Source: an uncultured bacterium (lineage in GTDB: Bacteria; Chloroflexota; UBA5177; JANWHV01). From it: a DNA stretch of 64,000 bases. The stretch lies in assembly GCA_963827235.1 (NCBI GenBank), contig CAWHAE010000015.1:32001-96000 (forward strand), in the 5' to 3' direction. Both the position numbers and the translations under genes were made by a program. Positions 49,598-59,542 of this stretch are shown here, in pieces; position 1 is the stretch's first letter, and the number at the start of each line of letters is the position of its first letter. The notes below the pieces were generated by a model. That model made no database searches and was not told where the DNA came from. It saw only the letters and a list, made by a program, of their open reading frames with translations.

Positions 49598-51784
49598 ATG
49601 AGTTCTGGCGGCTACTCATGGGAGCGCGTAGTGGCTCATCGCTCGATCGACACCGTACTCGCCGGGCGATCGGACCCTTCGCCGGTGGCCGCCGGCGCGG
49701 CTTCAGCTTCGTGGAGTGCGGCCCGCGCCGGTGCTCCGCCGTGCGGCAGCCCGCCGTGCCCCGATCTCTGCCGGCGACCGCCGAACCGGTTGCTGAAGCG
49801 CCTGCCCGCAGCGGCACTCGCCGCCGTGCTCGTGTTTTCGCTGGCGGCCTGCTCCGCCGGCGGCGCCACACCCGCGGCGGCCGGCCCGGCCCTCACCCTC
49901 CAGGCCGGTGAGCGAGGGATACCGATCAGTCCGACTCTGTTCGGCCTCATGTTCGAGGAGATCAACCACGCGGGTGACGGCGGCATCTATGCCGAGCTGC
50001 TGGCCAACCGCGCTATGCTCGACAATTCGCCTCGCGCCTCGCCCGATGAGCAGGATTCGACGCCGAGCACAGATCCGTGGGTGCTGGATTCGACCGGCCA
50101 GGCGTTCGGCTCAGTCGGTCTCGACACCCAGGATCCGGTGAACACGACGGCGCTCACCGAGAGCCTGCGCCTGGGGATCACACGGGTTGGGCCTGGCGAG
50201 CGCGTGGGCGTGGTCAATTCCGGCTACGGCGGCATTCCGGTGTGGCCGCGCACCACCTATCGCGTCTCCTTCTACGCACGCAGCGGGGACGGCTTCAAAG
50301 GGCCGCTCACGATCAGCCTGGAGAGCGCGACGACGAACAAGGTCTTCGTCTCCGCGACGGTACCTGGGGTTACCACCCGCTGGCGACACTATGCGATGAC
50401 CCTGACCACGCCCGGAGGCTTTGCGCCTAGCGAGGACAACCAGTTCGTGATCGCGGCAACCCACATAGGCACGATATGGCTCAGCCTGGTCTCGCTCTTC
50501 CCGCCCACGTGGAACGATCGGCCAAACGGCATGCGCATCGATCTGATGCGCGATCTGCTGGCCCTTCACCCCGCCTTCCTGCGCATCCCGGGCGGCAACT
50601 ACCTGGAGGGCCAGACGTTCGCCACGCGGTTCATCTGGCAGACCACTATTGGCGACCTGTCGTCACGTCCCGGCCATCTCGACGATGCGTGGGGCTACCG
50701 CTCCACCGACGGCCTGGGCTTGCTCGAGTACCTGGAATGGTGCCAGGACCTGCACGTGCTGCCCGTGCTGGCGGTGTTCGCCGGATACACCCTCTCGGGC
50801 AACTACGTCGAGGCAGGTCCGGCCCTGAGGCCGTACGTACAGGACGCCCTCGACGAGCTGCAGTATGCCACCGGCTCGACGTCGACCACGTGGGGAGCCA
50901 GGCGAGCCGCGGACGGCCATCCGGCACCTTTCAAGGTACCGTACGTGGAGATCGGCAACGAAGACTTCTTCGACCGATCGGGCAGCTACGACGGCCGGTT
51001 CGCCCAGTTCTACGATGCCATCCGCGCCACCTACCCGTCGATCAAGCTGATCGCCACCTCCACGGATGCCACCAGCCGGCGGCCGGATCTGGTCGATCTG
51101 CACTTTTATGAGACGCCCGACTGGTTCGCCGCCCATACTGATTACTTCGACCGCTACAGCCGCGAAGCGCCCAAGGTGCTGGTGGGAGAATATGCCGCGC
51201 ATACACCGGATAGCTCGCTGAACGGCGGGCCTTCGACCCTGGGCACCGCCATCGGCGAGGCAGCCTGGCTGACCGGTTTGGAGCGCAACTCGGACGTGGT
51301 GGCAATGGCCTCGTATGCACCCCTCTTCCAGAACGTGCAGCCCTCCCAGTCCCAATGGACCCCGGATCTGATCAGTTATGACAACCTGAGCAGCGCCGGC
51401 TCGCCATCCTACTACGTGCAGCAGCTCTTCAGCCTGAACCACGGCGACGTGGTTGTTCCTGCCGATCTGAGCGGCACGGCGCCGCTGGCCTACGTCGCCA
51501 GCAGAGACAGCCGCGGCAGTGCCCTGTATCTGACGGTGGTGAACAGTGGCACGGCGGTGGTGACGGCCCGCATCGCGGTCGACGGCGTTTCGTCCGTGGC
51601 CGCCCGCGGCACCGTCACGGTGCTCACGTCGGCGAGCGTGAACGACCAGAACACCCTGCAAGCGCCTACCACCGTGTATCCCGTAACGCGAACCGTCTCG
51701 ACCCTCGGACGCTCGTTCTCCTATGCCATCAGGCCGAGCTCCGTCACCGTGTTTCGCCTGTCGACGGTGCCGGCGGGGCCCTGA
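49598..51784 (+). CDS. GH51 alpha-L-arabinofuranosidase, probable lipoprotein
   Basis: FEEINHAGDGG, RIPGGNYLEG, EIGNED (acid/base), VGEYA (nucleophile), SYAPL. Lipobox LAAC; true start possibly TTG at 49790. Confidence 0.88.
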   Translation: MSSGGYSWERVVAHRSIDTVLAGRSDPSPVAAGAASASWSAARAGAPPCGSPPCPDLCRRPPNRLLKRLPAAALAAVLVFSLAACSAGGATPAAAGPALTLQAGERGIPISPTLFGLMFEEINHAGDGGIYAELLANRAMLDNSPRASPDEQDSTPSTDPWVLDSTGQAFGSVGLDTQDPVNTTALTESLRLGITRVGPGERVGVVNSGYGGIPVWPRTTYRVSFYARSGDGFKGPLTISLESATTNKVFVSATVPGVTTRWRHYAMTLTTPGGFAPSEDNQFVIAATHIGTIWLSLVSLFPPTWNDRPNGMRIDLMRDLLALHPAFLRIPGGNYLEGQTFATRFIWQTTIGDLSSRPGHLDDAWGYRSTDGLGLLEYLEWCQDLHVLPVLAVFAGYTLSGNYVEAGPALRPYVQDALDELQYATGSTSTTWGARRAADGHPAPFKVPYVEIGNEDFFDRSGSYDGRFAQFYDAIRATYPSIKLIATSTDATSRRPDLVDLHFYETPDWFAAHTDYFDRYSREAPKVLVGEYAAHTPDSSLNGGPSTLGTAIGEAAWLTGLERNSDVVAMASYAPLFQNVQPSQSQWTPDLISYDNLSSAGSPSYYVQQLFSLNHGDVVVPADLSGTAPLAYVASRDSRGSALYLTVVNSGTAVVTARIAVDGVSSVAARGTVTVLTSASVNDQNTLQAPTTVYPVTRTVSTLGRSFSYAIRPSSVTVFRLSTVPAGP

Positions 51785-51787
51785 GGG

Positions 51788-54136
51788 ATGACTCCTGCCG
51801 CCTACCCGACCGCACGCCCGTCCTGGCACAGCTATCTGCGGCTGCCGGCTAGGCGCCGTCTGCCGGCGTACCTGTTCATCTGGCTCTGCGGCCTGCTGTG
51901 CATCGGGCCGCTGGCGTACATCCTCATCCAATCGCTCACCTCGACGCCCAGGGGCCGGTTCGGTCTCTCGCCGGTTGCCAGCTACATCTTCATTCTGCAC
52001 AGCACGGCGCTCTGGAGCGCGTTCAAGAATACGGCCATTCAGGAAGGGATCCTCCTGACTACCACGATGTTCTTCTGCCCGCTCGCCGGATACGCCTATG
52101 CCAAGTTCACCTTTCGCTTCAAGGGCTTCTTCTTCGGCCTGACGATGTTGACCCTGTTCTTCGTGCCTATTGCCCAGACCATTCCGCTCTTGCTGGAGAT
52201 GAACGAGCTGGGCTGGCTTAACACCTATCAAGGCCTGGTGATACCCATGACCATCAGCTCGCTCGGCATCTTCTGGATGACCATGGTAATCCGGGGCGTT
52301 CCGGACGAGCTGATCCAGGCGGCGCGGCTCGACGGCTGCGGCATCTTCTCGAGCTGGTGGCGGATCGTTCTTCCGACCATCAGACCGGCGCTGCTGGCCC
52401 TGGCCTTTTTCACCTACATCACCGCCTATAGCGACTTCATGTGGCCGCTGCTCGTGCTTCCCGACAGCAGCATGCAAACGGTGTCGCTCTACCTCCAGTA
52501 CGCCGGCTTCAGCTTCTCGGGCGGCGGCGGTGGAGGAGGCGGCGGTGGATCGGCGGCGAACGTCGTGATCACGTCGCTACCCACCGTCCTCGTTTTCCTG
52601 GCCATGCGGCGCTACTTCATGCCGCAGTTGCTCAGGCGCGACGACATCGTGACGCCGGTGTACCTGGACGATGCCGGCGTGTTTCAACCGGCCGAGGCGC
52701 CGGGCGAACCCCTCCGTGCCGTGCGGCTTGCCGCGACGGAGTCCAGCGCCATGAGCCCAGCGGCGCCGTCCGCTTCGCGGGCCGAGACCGGCGGACCCCA
52801 GCCGGCCGTCTCCGTGCCGGCCGGCCTTCTTGCCCTGGCGGGCCTCCGCCGGTGGCAGGCAGTGCTGCCGGCGACGATCGTGCACTGTGCGGTGATAGCC
52901 TGCTGCACCTTCGCCGTCTATCTCACTGCGCTTCAGAACAGGCTGCATCTGGACGACGTCTACAAGGTGCTGGGCAACCCGGGCATTGAGAGTCTGCTGC
53001 CGATCCGGCGCTACTTCACCGATCCGCTCACCAGCGCGGCCGTGCCGAGCGAGGCGCAGTTCCGGCCGCTGGCCACACTCAGCCTGGCGCTCAACCACGC
53101 GCTCACGGGGGACAGCGTGCCCGGATATCATCTGGTGAATCTGATCGTGAGCGCGGTCACCGGCCTGCTGGTCTACTTTCTGGTACGCGAGCTGCTCGGC
53201 TATTGGTCCGCGATCCGCTTGCCCGGCTACCGCATCGACTTCCTGGCCATGATGGTGGGCTTGCTGGTAACCGTCCACCCGATCGCCGGGCTGCTCGTTA
53301 GCTACGTGTCCGGCCGTGATCTGCTGCTGATGGAGGCGTTTCTCTGTGCCTCGCTCCTCTGTTACGCGCGCATGCAGCGCGTGCACTACTTCGAAGAGCC
53401 GCGCTTCTTGCTGGAGGGGCGGCTGCTCGAGCGGCTGCTGCGGCGGTGGCTCGGCGGATCGCTCCTGAGCTGGGCGGCGGTGCTGGCTCTGTTCGAGCTG
53501 GCCCTGCTTTCAAAGGCCCAGGCCGTGATGGCACCGGCGCTGATCTTCGCTTTCGAGCTGACCCTGGGGAGGGGGAGCCTCTCCCGCGTGGCTCCCTACG
53601 CGCGCGTGCTGCCGTTTGCTCTGGTTGCCGCCGCGCACCTGTTCTACGTCGACGCCTACCTGCACTTCACGGTGTTGCCCGACGCACCGCTATTGGGGTT
53701 CGATGCCGAATGGACCTATCCGCTGACGCAAGCGCAGCTCAGCGTCACGCACTATCTGGCAAGCTTCGCCTGGCCGTTTGCCCTGCGGCAGGTGCCGGTA
53801 GTGGCCACCGTGCAGAGTCTGCTCGATCCCGGCGTGCTGATCGGCCTTGCGATGATCGTGGGAACGGTGGTCTGTGCCTGGCGCATCCGCCACGGCCGGC
53901 CGCTGCTGGCCTTCTGCATGCTCGCCTACTGGCTTGTGCAGAGCCCTGAATCCTCGTTCGTGCCGATGCTCCACAACGCCGCGGATTACCGGCCCTACCC
54001 GGCGAGTCCATTCCTCTTTCTAGCTCTGGCGCTGCTGATCGAGCGATTTCTCAAGCCGGCGCTGGCCACGGGCGTCATCCTGGGCCTCCTGGCCTTTTTC
54101 GCGATCGCCTCCGTGGTCATGAATGTGAGCTGGTAG
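51788..54136 (+). CDS. Carbohydrate ABC permease fused to a TMTC-like GT-C membrane glycosyltransferase domain
   Basis: aa 1-~280 are a MalG-like permease (AGYAYAK, PDELIQAARLDG). After a linker come HLDD, FRPL, YHLVN, VHP..VSYVSGR, LLSK. One uninterrupted ORF. Confidence 0.8.
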   Translation: MTPAAYPTARPSWHSYLRLPARRRLPAYLFIWLCGLLCIGPLAYILIQSLTSTPRGRFGLSPVASYIFILHSTALWSAFKNTAIQEGILLTTTMFFCPLAGYAYAKFTFRFKGFFFGLTMLTLFFVPIAQTIPLLLEMNELGWLNTYQGLVIPMTISSLGIFWMTMVIRGVPDELIQAARLDGCGIFSSWWRIVLPTIRPALLALAFFTYITAYSDFMWPLLVLPDSSMQTVSLYLQYAGFSFSGGGGGGGGGGSAANVVITSLPTVLVFLAMRRYFMPQLLRRDDIVTPVYLDDAGVFQPAEAPGEPLRAVRLAATESSAMSPAAPSASRAETGGPQPAVSVPAGLLALAGLRRWQAVLPATIVHCAVIACCTFAVYLTALQNRLHLDDVYKVLGNPGIESLLPIRRYFTDPLTSAAVPSEAQFRPLATLSLALNHALTGDSVPGYHLVNLIVSAVTGLLVYFLVRELLGYWSAIRLPGYRIDFLAMMVGLLVTVHPIAGLLVSYVSGRDLLLMEAFLCASLLCYARMQRVHYFEEPRFLLEGRLLERLLRRWLGGSLLSWAAVLALFELALLSKAQAVMAPALIFAFELTLGRGSLSRVAPYARVLPFALVAAAHLFYVDAYLHFTVLPDAPLLGFDAEWTYPLTQAQLSVTHYLASFAWPFALRQVPVVATVQSLLDPGVLIGLAMIVGTVVCAWRIRHGRPLLAFCMLAYWLVQSPESSFVPMLHNAADYRPYPASPFLFLALALLIERFLKPALATGVILGLLAFFAIASVVMNVSW

Positions 54137-54147
54137 CCCTCCGCAGC

Positions 54148-55278
54148 TCAGCTGCCGTGTCGCGAGTGCGCAGCGGCTTCGACCTTCCTTGCCGGCTCGG
54201 CCGCGACGGCGGTCGCCATCGCGCCGCACGATTCGCGCACTACCAGGTGCGTGTAGAGCACGGTCTTGATCGGCCTGGATGATTCGCCGCGCAGCAGTGC
54301 CTGGAGACGGCGCACCGCCTCCACGCCCATCTCGGCACGCGGCACGCTGACGGTGGTCAGCGGCGGCGTCGTATGCGCGCTTTCCAGGACGTCGTCGATA
54401 CTCACCACCGCCATGTCCCTGGGAATCTGCAGGCCCCGTTCCTTCAGCGCCTCCAGGGCACCGAAGGCGGTCTTGTCGCTGATCGCCACGACCGCCGTGG
54501 GAGGCTGATCCGCGTCCAGCAGATGCAGCATCTGCTGGTAGCCCTTCTGCCCGCCGGCATGATGGGTCGGCACGGGCATGAGCGAGCGATCGGCCGGGAT
54601 CTCGTGCTCGGTCAAGGCATCCAGATACCCTTCCTGGCGGTCGACCAGGCTCCTGTACTTTCGCGGACCGGTGAGCAGTCCGATGCGCGTGTGGCCGAGC
54701 TGGAGCAGGTGTCGCGTAGCCAGGTAGCCTGCGGTGACGTTGTCGGCGACGACGCAGTGCAGCGGCTGGTCGACGACGTAGTTGTCGACCAGCACGGCGG
54801 GCAGGCTGCTGGCCACCAATCGGCGAATGGCGCCGTCGGTCAGGTCGCCGCCGTTGGCCAGGATCATGCCGTCGGCCTCTCCGCGCAGGCTGTCGAGCAA
54901 GGCGTCGACGCCCGACTCGCCTCCCTCCAGCAGGTTGAGCATAACGCGATGCCTCTGCCGCTGGGCCTCGGTCTGTATGCCCTGCAGGATCTCGGAGTAG
55001 AAGATGTCGCGCTCGATCGGCTGCACCAGCCGCTCGGTGATGATGGAGACTGTGTAGCGCTCTTCGTCTCGCCGGGACCGCGAGCGCTGGACGTAGCCGA
55101 GCTGACGCATCACCGCGAGAGTTCGCGCGCGCGTCTCCTCGCTGACCCCGGGACGGCCGGTGGCCACCAGGGAAACGGCCGCCGCCGACACGCCGGCGGC
55201 ACGTGCGACGTCACGCATGCTTGGACGCCGCTCGCGGCTCAGCGACGGCTGCTCCAGGTGATCGCTCTCCGCACGCAC
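54148..55278 (-). CDS. LacI-family transcriptional regulator
   Basis: HTH MRDVARAAGVSAAAVS, HLLQLGHTRIG, PPLTTV. Confidence 0.92.
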   Translation of the reverse strand: MRAESDHLEQPSLSRERRPSMRDVARAAGVSAAAVSLVATGRPGVSEETRARTLAVMRQLGYVQRSRSRRDEERYTVSIITERLVQPIERDIFYSEILQGIQTEAQRQRHRVMLNLLEGGESGVDALLDSLRGEADGMILANGGDLTDGAIRRLVASSLPAVLVDNYVVDQPLHCVVADNVTAGYLATRHLLQLGHTRIGLLTGPRKYRSLVDRQEGYLDALTEHEIPADRSLMPVPTHHAGGQKGYQQMLHLLDADQPPTAVVAISDKTAFGALEALKERGLQIPRDMAVVSIDDVLESAHTTPPLTTVSVPRAEMGVEAVRRLQALLRGESSRPIKTVLYTHLVVRESCGAMATAVAAEPARKVEAAAHSRHGS

Positions 55279-55709
55279 TTCTTGATTCCGTCTCCCAACC
55301 ACTGTTGAGACATAATACAACCGGCCCGCGCGCTCCGGCAATCGACCATGTTTGCCAGGTGCCGCGTGGTCTGCATGGCACAGTTCTCCAGCATTGGCCT
55401 ATACGATACCACATTGCATACTGGATGTTTAGTAGTGGGATTCATCCCGCCATTCCGCGCGCTGGGCCTGCTTTCCGCATATCCGATGCGCCACGACACC
55501 GGGATTCATCCCGCTCGTCACCCTGGCTGAGCCCGTTTCCCGCTCATCTGAGCGGCCTTGGGCTCCAACCTGCCCGTCCCCGGAGCCAAGCCTGTTTCCC
55601 GCATATCCGAGCCATACCGGTCGGACACCAGCGTTTCACCTCGCTGTACCCCTTACCGGCTCGCTAAACAATCAGCGCGCTGTCTCGGGTTTGTTCAACG
55701 GCATGATGC

Positions 55710-55738
55710 TTGACATACATAAACACGGATGCTATGCT
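55710..55738 (+). promoter_or_regulatory. Sigma70-type promoter of the sugar ABC operon
   Basis: TTGACA(55710-55715)-17 nt-TATGCT(55733-55738). Confidence 0.7.
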
Positions 55739-55970
55739 CGTGTCGCCAACTCGGGGAAAGGAACATCTCGCCGGCCGCCCGTGCCGGAGGAGATTCCTAC
55801 CGAGGCGACGTGGCACTCATCCATATCCATTGCCAGGACCACGACGTGGAGAGAGGGGGTGGGCGGGCACAGAGTCGAGAGGTGAAGAAGCTGGTCATAG
55901 AGTCTGGCGCTATCATCGTGGCTCGTCGTTGGCACGAGGCAATGTGCCGATCAAACCCAAAGGGGGAGAT

Positions 55971-57349
55971 ATGGACCGCGAAGTAACCAGCATGCCCGAA
56001 GCGAAGAAGATCGAGCGCAAGACGTTCCTCAAGGGCGCCGCGGCCACCGCGGCGGCGGTAGCCGGAGCAGGCACGGTAGCCGGGATCGCAAAAGCCGCGC
56101 CGCGCGTCGAAGTGATAAGCTCGGCCCCCTCGGGCGAAGCTCTCATCTGGGTGAACACGAACCTGTTCAACGCGGGCCAGGTGGCCGCCTTCAACAAGGT
56201 CTATCCGAACGTCAAGATCACGCAGAAGGCGACCCTGTACGTGCCTGGCACGCCGAGCCTCTCCTCCCACCTCGTGACAGGCGTCGACGTTCCCGACGGC
56301 ATCTTCTTCATGGAGGATGCCTACCTTGGCCAGTTCGCGCCGAACCTGTATGACGTCACCAAGTACGTGGCGCCCTATGCGAGCAAGATCGCGCCCTACA
56401 AGCTGGCGGTCTCCAAGCAGCTGGGTAAGACGGTGGGCATTCCCTGGGACGTGGATCCGGCTTTCCTGATCTACAACAAGACTATCACCGACGCTGCAGG
56501 CGTCGACGTGAGCAAGATCGTGACGCGCGACGACCTCATCCAGGCGGCGCTCACGGTGCGAGTCGAAAGTGCCCACGTGCAAGTACTCCGATCGGCATCG
56601 GCGCCGATCAGGCCCACGTGCAGTTCATCGTCGAAGGCATGGCCTGGCAGCAGCACACCGGCATCGTGGACGCCAAGGGCAACCTCAACATCATGGCGCC
56701 GGAATACACCAACGCCTTCAACTACCTGGAGAAGAAGGCAAGAACAAGCTGGCGACCACGCTACTTCTTCGCCACGCCTTCCCTCTACAACGCGTGGAAC
56801 AAGGGCAGTGTGCTGCTTCACGGTCTTCGCCGACTGGTTCACGCACTGGAACGAGCCGGGCATGAAGCCGCTCTGGGGCAAGATCGGGTTGGCAAAGCAG
56901 CCGGTGTTCGACACCGGCCAAGGACAGCCCGTACTCCATGATGGGTGGCTCAGCCTACGTGGTGCCGCTCAAGGCCAAGAACCCGGAAGCGGGCGCCCTG
57001 TTCGGCACCTTCCAGCTCTTCGAGCCGGCCGCGCTGCAGGCCGGCAACGCCTCCAACATCTACGAAGGCATCCTTCCGTCTGCCGAGGCACTCTGGCCGG
57101 ACGTCAACCTGAATGCCTTCCGGCACAAGATGATCATCAACCCCTCTATCGACGAGCACAGCTTGCTGGTCACGGCTGCGGCTGGGCACACCCTCGAACT
57201 ACCGCTATCCGCCGTGGTACTCGCAGGCGTTCCCCTACTATGCCCCGCCGGTACTGAACGTGATCAAGGGCAAGATGAGCGCCGCGCAGGCCCAGCAGCA
57301 GATGTACAACGACGTATTGAACAAGGTGGTCAAGCGCTATAACGGATAG
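55971..57349 (+). pseudogene. Sugar ABC solute-binding protein with Tat-like signal, multiply frameshifted (possibly sequencing errors)
   Basis: ERKTFLKG signal, GIPWD, GGSAYVV, C-terminal IKGKMSAAQA. The coding frame switches several times between ~56550 and ~57190. Confidence 0.75.
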
Positions 57350-57385
57350 TAGCGACCGCGAGTCGAATCGCGCGGTGCCGTAACG

Positions 57386-57432
57386 TGTGGCTCCGGGAGG
57401 CGTGGGTCTTCGGACCCCGCCTCTGGAGCACA
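57386..57432 (+). other. UUCG-capped stem-loop after the SBP gene
   Basis: tgtggctccgggaggcgtgggtc-ttcg-gaccccgcctctggagcaca. Confidence 0.5.
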
Positions 57433-57680
57433 AACCCAGGTTGTGATTCTGGTCGTGACTCAATCGGTGGCGAATCGCAGAGGAATCTGCTATGGCGTTT
57501 GTTCCCGGGAGCGCGCGGACGGAGCGTATGCTTGCGCTCCCGGGCTACACGCTGGCTTCTGGGCGAGTCCGCGTGTGATAGCGGTAGTCCGTGGCCCCAG
57601 AGTCCGCCGATTCGGGTGTCGGAGAGTTCTGGCTTGAGTGGGTGTATGGTGCCGACGAGGCCAAGACAGGGCAGGCGGAC

Positions 57681-58619
57681 ATGACTGAGCGCCGAAGCGC
57701 AGTTCTCGTTTCCCCTTCATCCCCTTCACAGAACAGTGGATATATGAGGCGCGTGCGGCTCATCCGCACGACTGCGCCCTACGTGTTCATCGCGCCGTTC
57801 TTCATCATCTTCTTCGCCTTCTTCGCCTATCCCGTCGCCTACTCGTTCTACGTCAGCCTGCACGCGTACACGGGGCAGGGCACGATGAAGTGGGTCGGCT
57901 GGGGCAACTATAACTTTGCCCTTTCCGACAACTACTTCTGGGGGGCGCTGGAGAATACCGGCTTCTTCTGGCTGTCGGTGCCGATCACGGTCTTTCTCGC
58001 GCTGATCCTCGCCGTGATCTGGAACCGGCCCGGCATGCTCGGCCGCAGCGTCCTGCTGGTGCTGTTTCTCATGCCCACCGTTATCTCCGTCGTGGCCATT
58101 TCGGTGGTGTTCAAGATCCTCTATGACCCGACCGCCGGGCCGGTCGATACGGCCCTGGGGTGGCTGGGCATCCCGCCGGTCGACTGGCTTAACGACGACA
58201 CCTCGGCGCGGTTCGGCCTGCTGATCCTGCGTATCTGGGAGACGCTCGGCCTGGGCATCCTGTTCATCGCCTCATCCCTGCAGGCCATCTCCCAGGACTT
58301 CTACGACGCTGCCGCCGTGGACGGCAGCGGGCCGATGCGTACCTTCATCTCCATCACCGTGCCGCTGCTGGCGCGTACCATCCTGTTCCTCACCGTGTGG
58401 TACACGCTGACGGCCCTGAGCCTCTTCGCCGAGCCGCTGCTGGTGATGAGTAACGGTGGTCCTGACAACTCGACCGTGACGCTCGGTCTGTATCTATTCC
58501 TGAAGGATGTAAACCTCGATCTCGGCACAGCGTCGGCCGTCTCCTTCTTGACCACGGTCGTCATGATGATCATGTCGGTGCTGCTGTTCCTGGGTGCGCG
58601 CCGCTGGACGAGAGAGTAG
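57681..58619 (+). CDS. Carbohydrate ABC permease (MalF/UgpA-like)
   Basis: YVFIAP, VGWGNY, LQAISQDFYDAAAVDG, FISITVPL. Confidence 0.92.
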   Translation: MTERRSAVLVSPSSPSQNSGYMRRVRLIRTTAPYVFIAPFFIIFFAFFAYPVAYSFYVSLHAYTGQGTMKWVGWGNYNFALSDNYFWGALENTGFFWLSVPITVFLALILAVIWNRPGMLGRSVLLVLFLMPTVISVVAISVVFKILYDPTAGPVDTALGWLGIPPVDWLNDDTSARFGLLILRIWETLGLGILFIASSLQAISQDFYDAAAVDGSGPMRTFISITVPLLARTILFLTVWYTLTALSLFAEPLLVMSNGGPDNSTVTLGLYLFLKDVNLDLGTASAVSFLTTVVMMIMSVLLFLGARRWTRE

Positions 58620-58653
58620 AGACGGGAGACTTCAGCGTGCACGGAGATCGGCC

Positions 58654-59538
58654 ATGAGCATCGCACTCGAGATGAAGTCGCATCGCAGACGACGGGCCCT
58701 CACGCCTACTCGAGTCGGCGGTGTGCTGCTGCTGGTCCTGGCTTGGGTCATCGGGCTCATCTGCGTCTTTCCCCTCGCCTGGACCACATGGGCGTCTTTC
58801 CGCCCGGATTCGAGCTTTCTCAGTAACCCATTCGCCGTCAACGTGCACGAGCTGATGGCGAGCAACTACTCGAGCGCTTGGAACCAGAGTGACTTCAATA
58901 CCGGTTTCAAGAACAGTGCCGTGCAGGTTACAGTCATCCTGGCTACCACGCTGTTCTTCTGCCCGCTCGCCGGCTACGGCTTCGCCAAGTTCAACTTCCG
59001 GGGCAAGAGCTTCTTGTTCGGCTTGATGATGCTGACGCTCTTCTTCGTTCCCATTACCCAGTACATCCCTCTGCTCCTCGAGCTGAACAATTTCGGCTGG
59101 CTCGATACCTACCACGGGCTGGTCATTCCCCTGCTGATCAGCTCCCTGGGCATCTTCTGGATGAACGGCGTGATCGCCGGCATCCCCAATGAGCTGCTGC
59201 ACGCGGCACGCGTGGACGGCTGCGGCCTGTTCTCGACCTGGTGGCGCGTGGTCATGCCCGTGATCAGGCCGGCCCTGGTGAGCCTGGCTGTGATCACGTT
59301 CCTGGGGACCTACAACGACTATTTCTGGCCGCTGCTCGTCGTGCCCGCGCTGCCCACGGTGCAAATCACATTAGGCACGCTGGCGACGACGCTGTTTGCG
59401 CAGGCGCAGACCACCACGCAAAGCTGGGGCGCCTTGCTAGCCGGCAGCGTCATCGTGTTCGCGCCGACCGTGATCGTCTTCCTCGCCATGCAGCGTTTCT
59501 TCCTGCGCGGTGTGTTGCAGGGCAGTCTCAAGGAATGA
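58654..59538 (+). CDS. Carbohydrate ABC permease (MalG-like)
   Basis: AGYGFAKFNFRG, PNELLHAARVDG, NDYFWPL, QRFFLRG. Confidence 0.92.
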   Translation: MSIALEMKSHRRRRALTPTRVGGVLLLVLAWVIGLICVFPLAWTTWASFRPDSSFLSNPFAVNVHELMASNYSSAWNQSDFNTGFKNSAVQVTVILATTLFFCPLAGYGFAKFNFRGKSFLFGLMMLTLFFVPITQYIPLLLELNNFGWLDTYHGLVIPLLISSLGIFWMNGVIAGIPNELLHAARVDGCGLFSTWWRVVMPVIRPALVSLAVITFLGTYNDYFWPLLVVPALPTVQITLGTLATTLFAQAQTTTQSWGALLAGSVIVFAPTVIVFLAMQRFFLRGVLQGSLKE

Positions 59539-59542
59539 CAGA

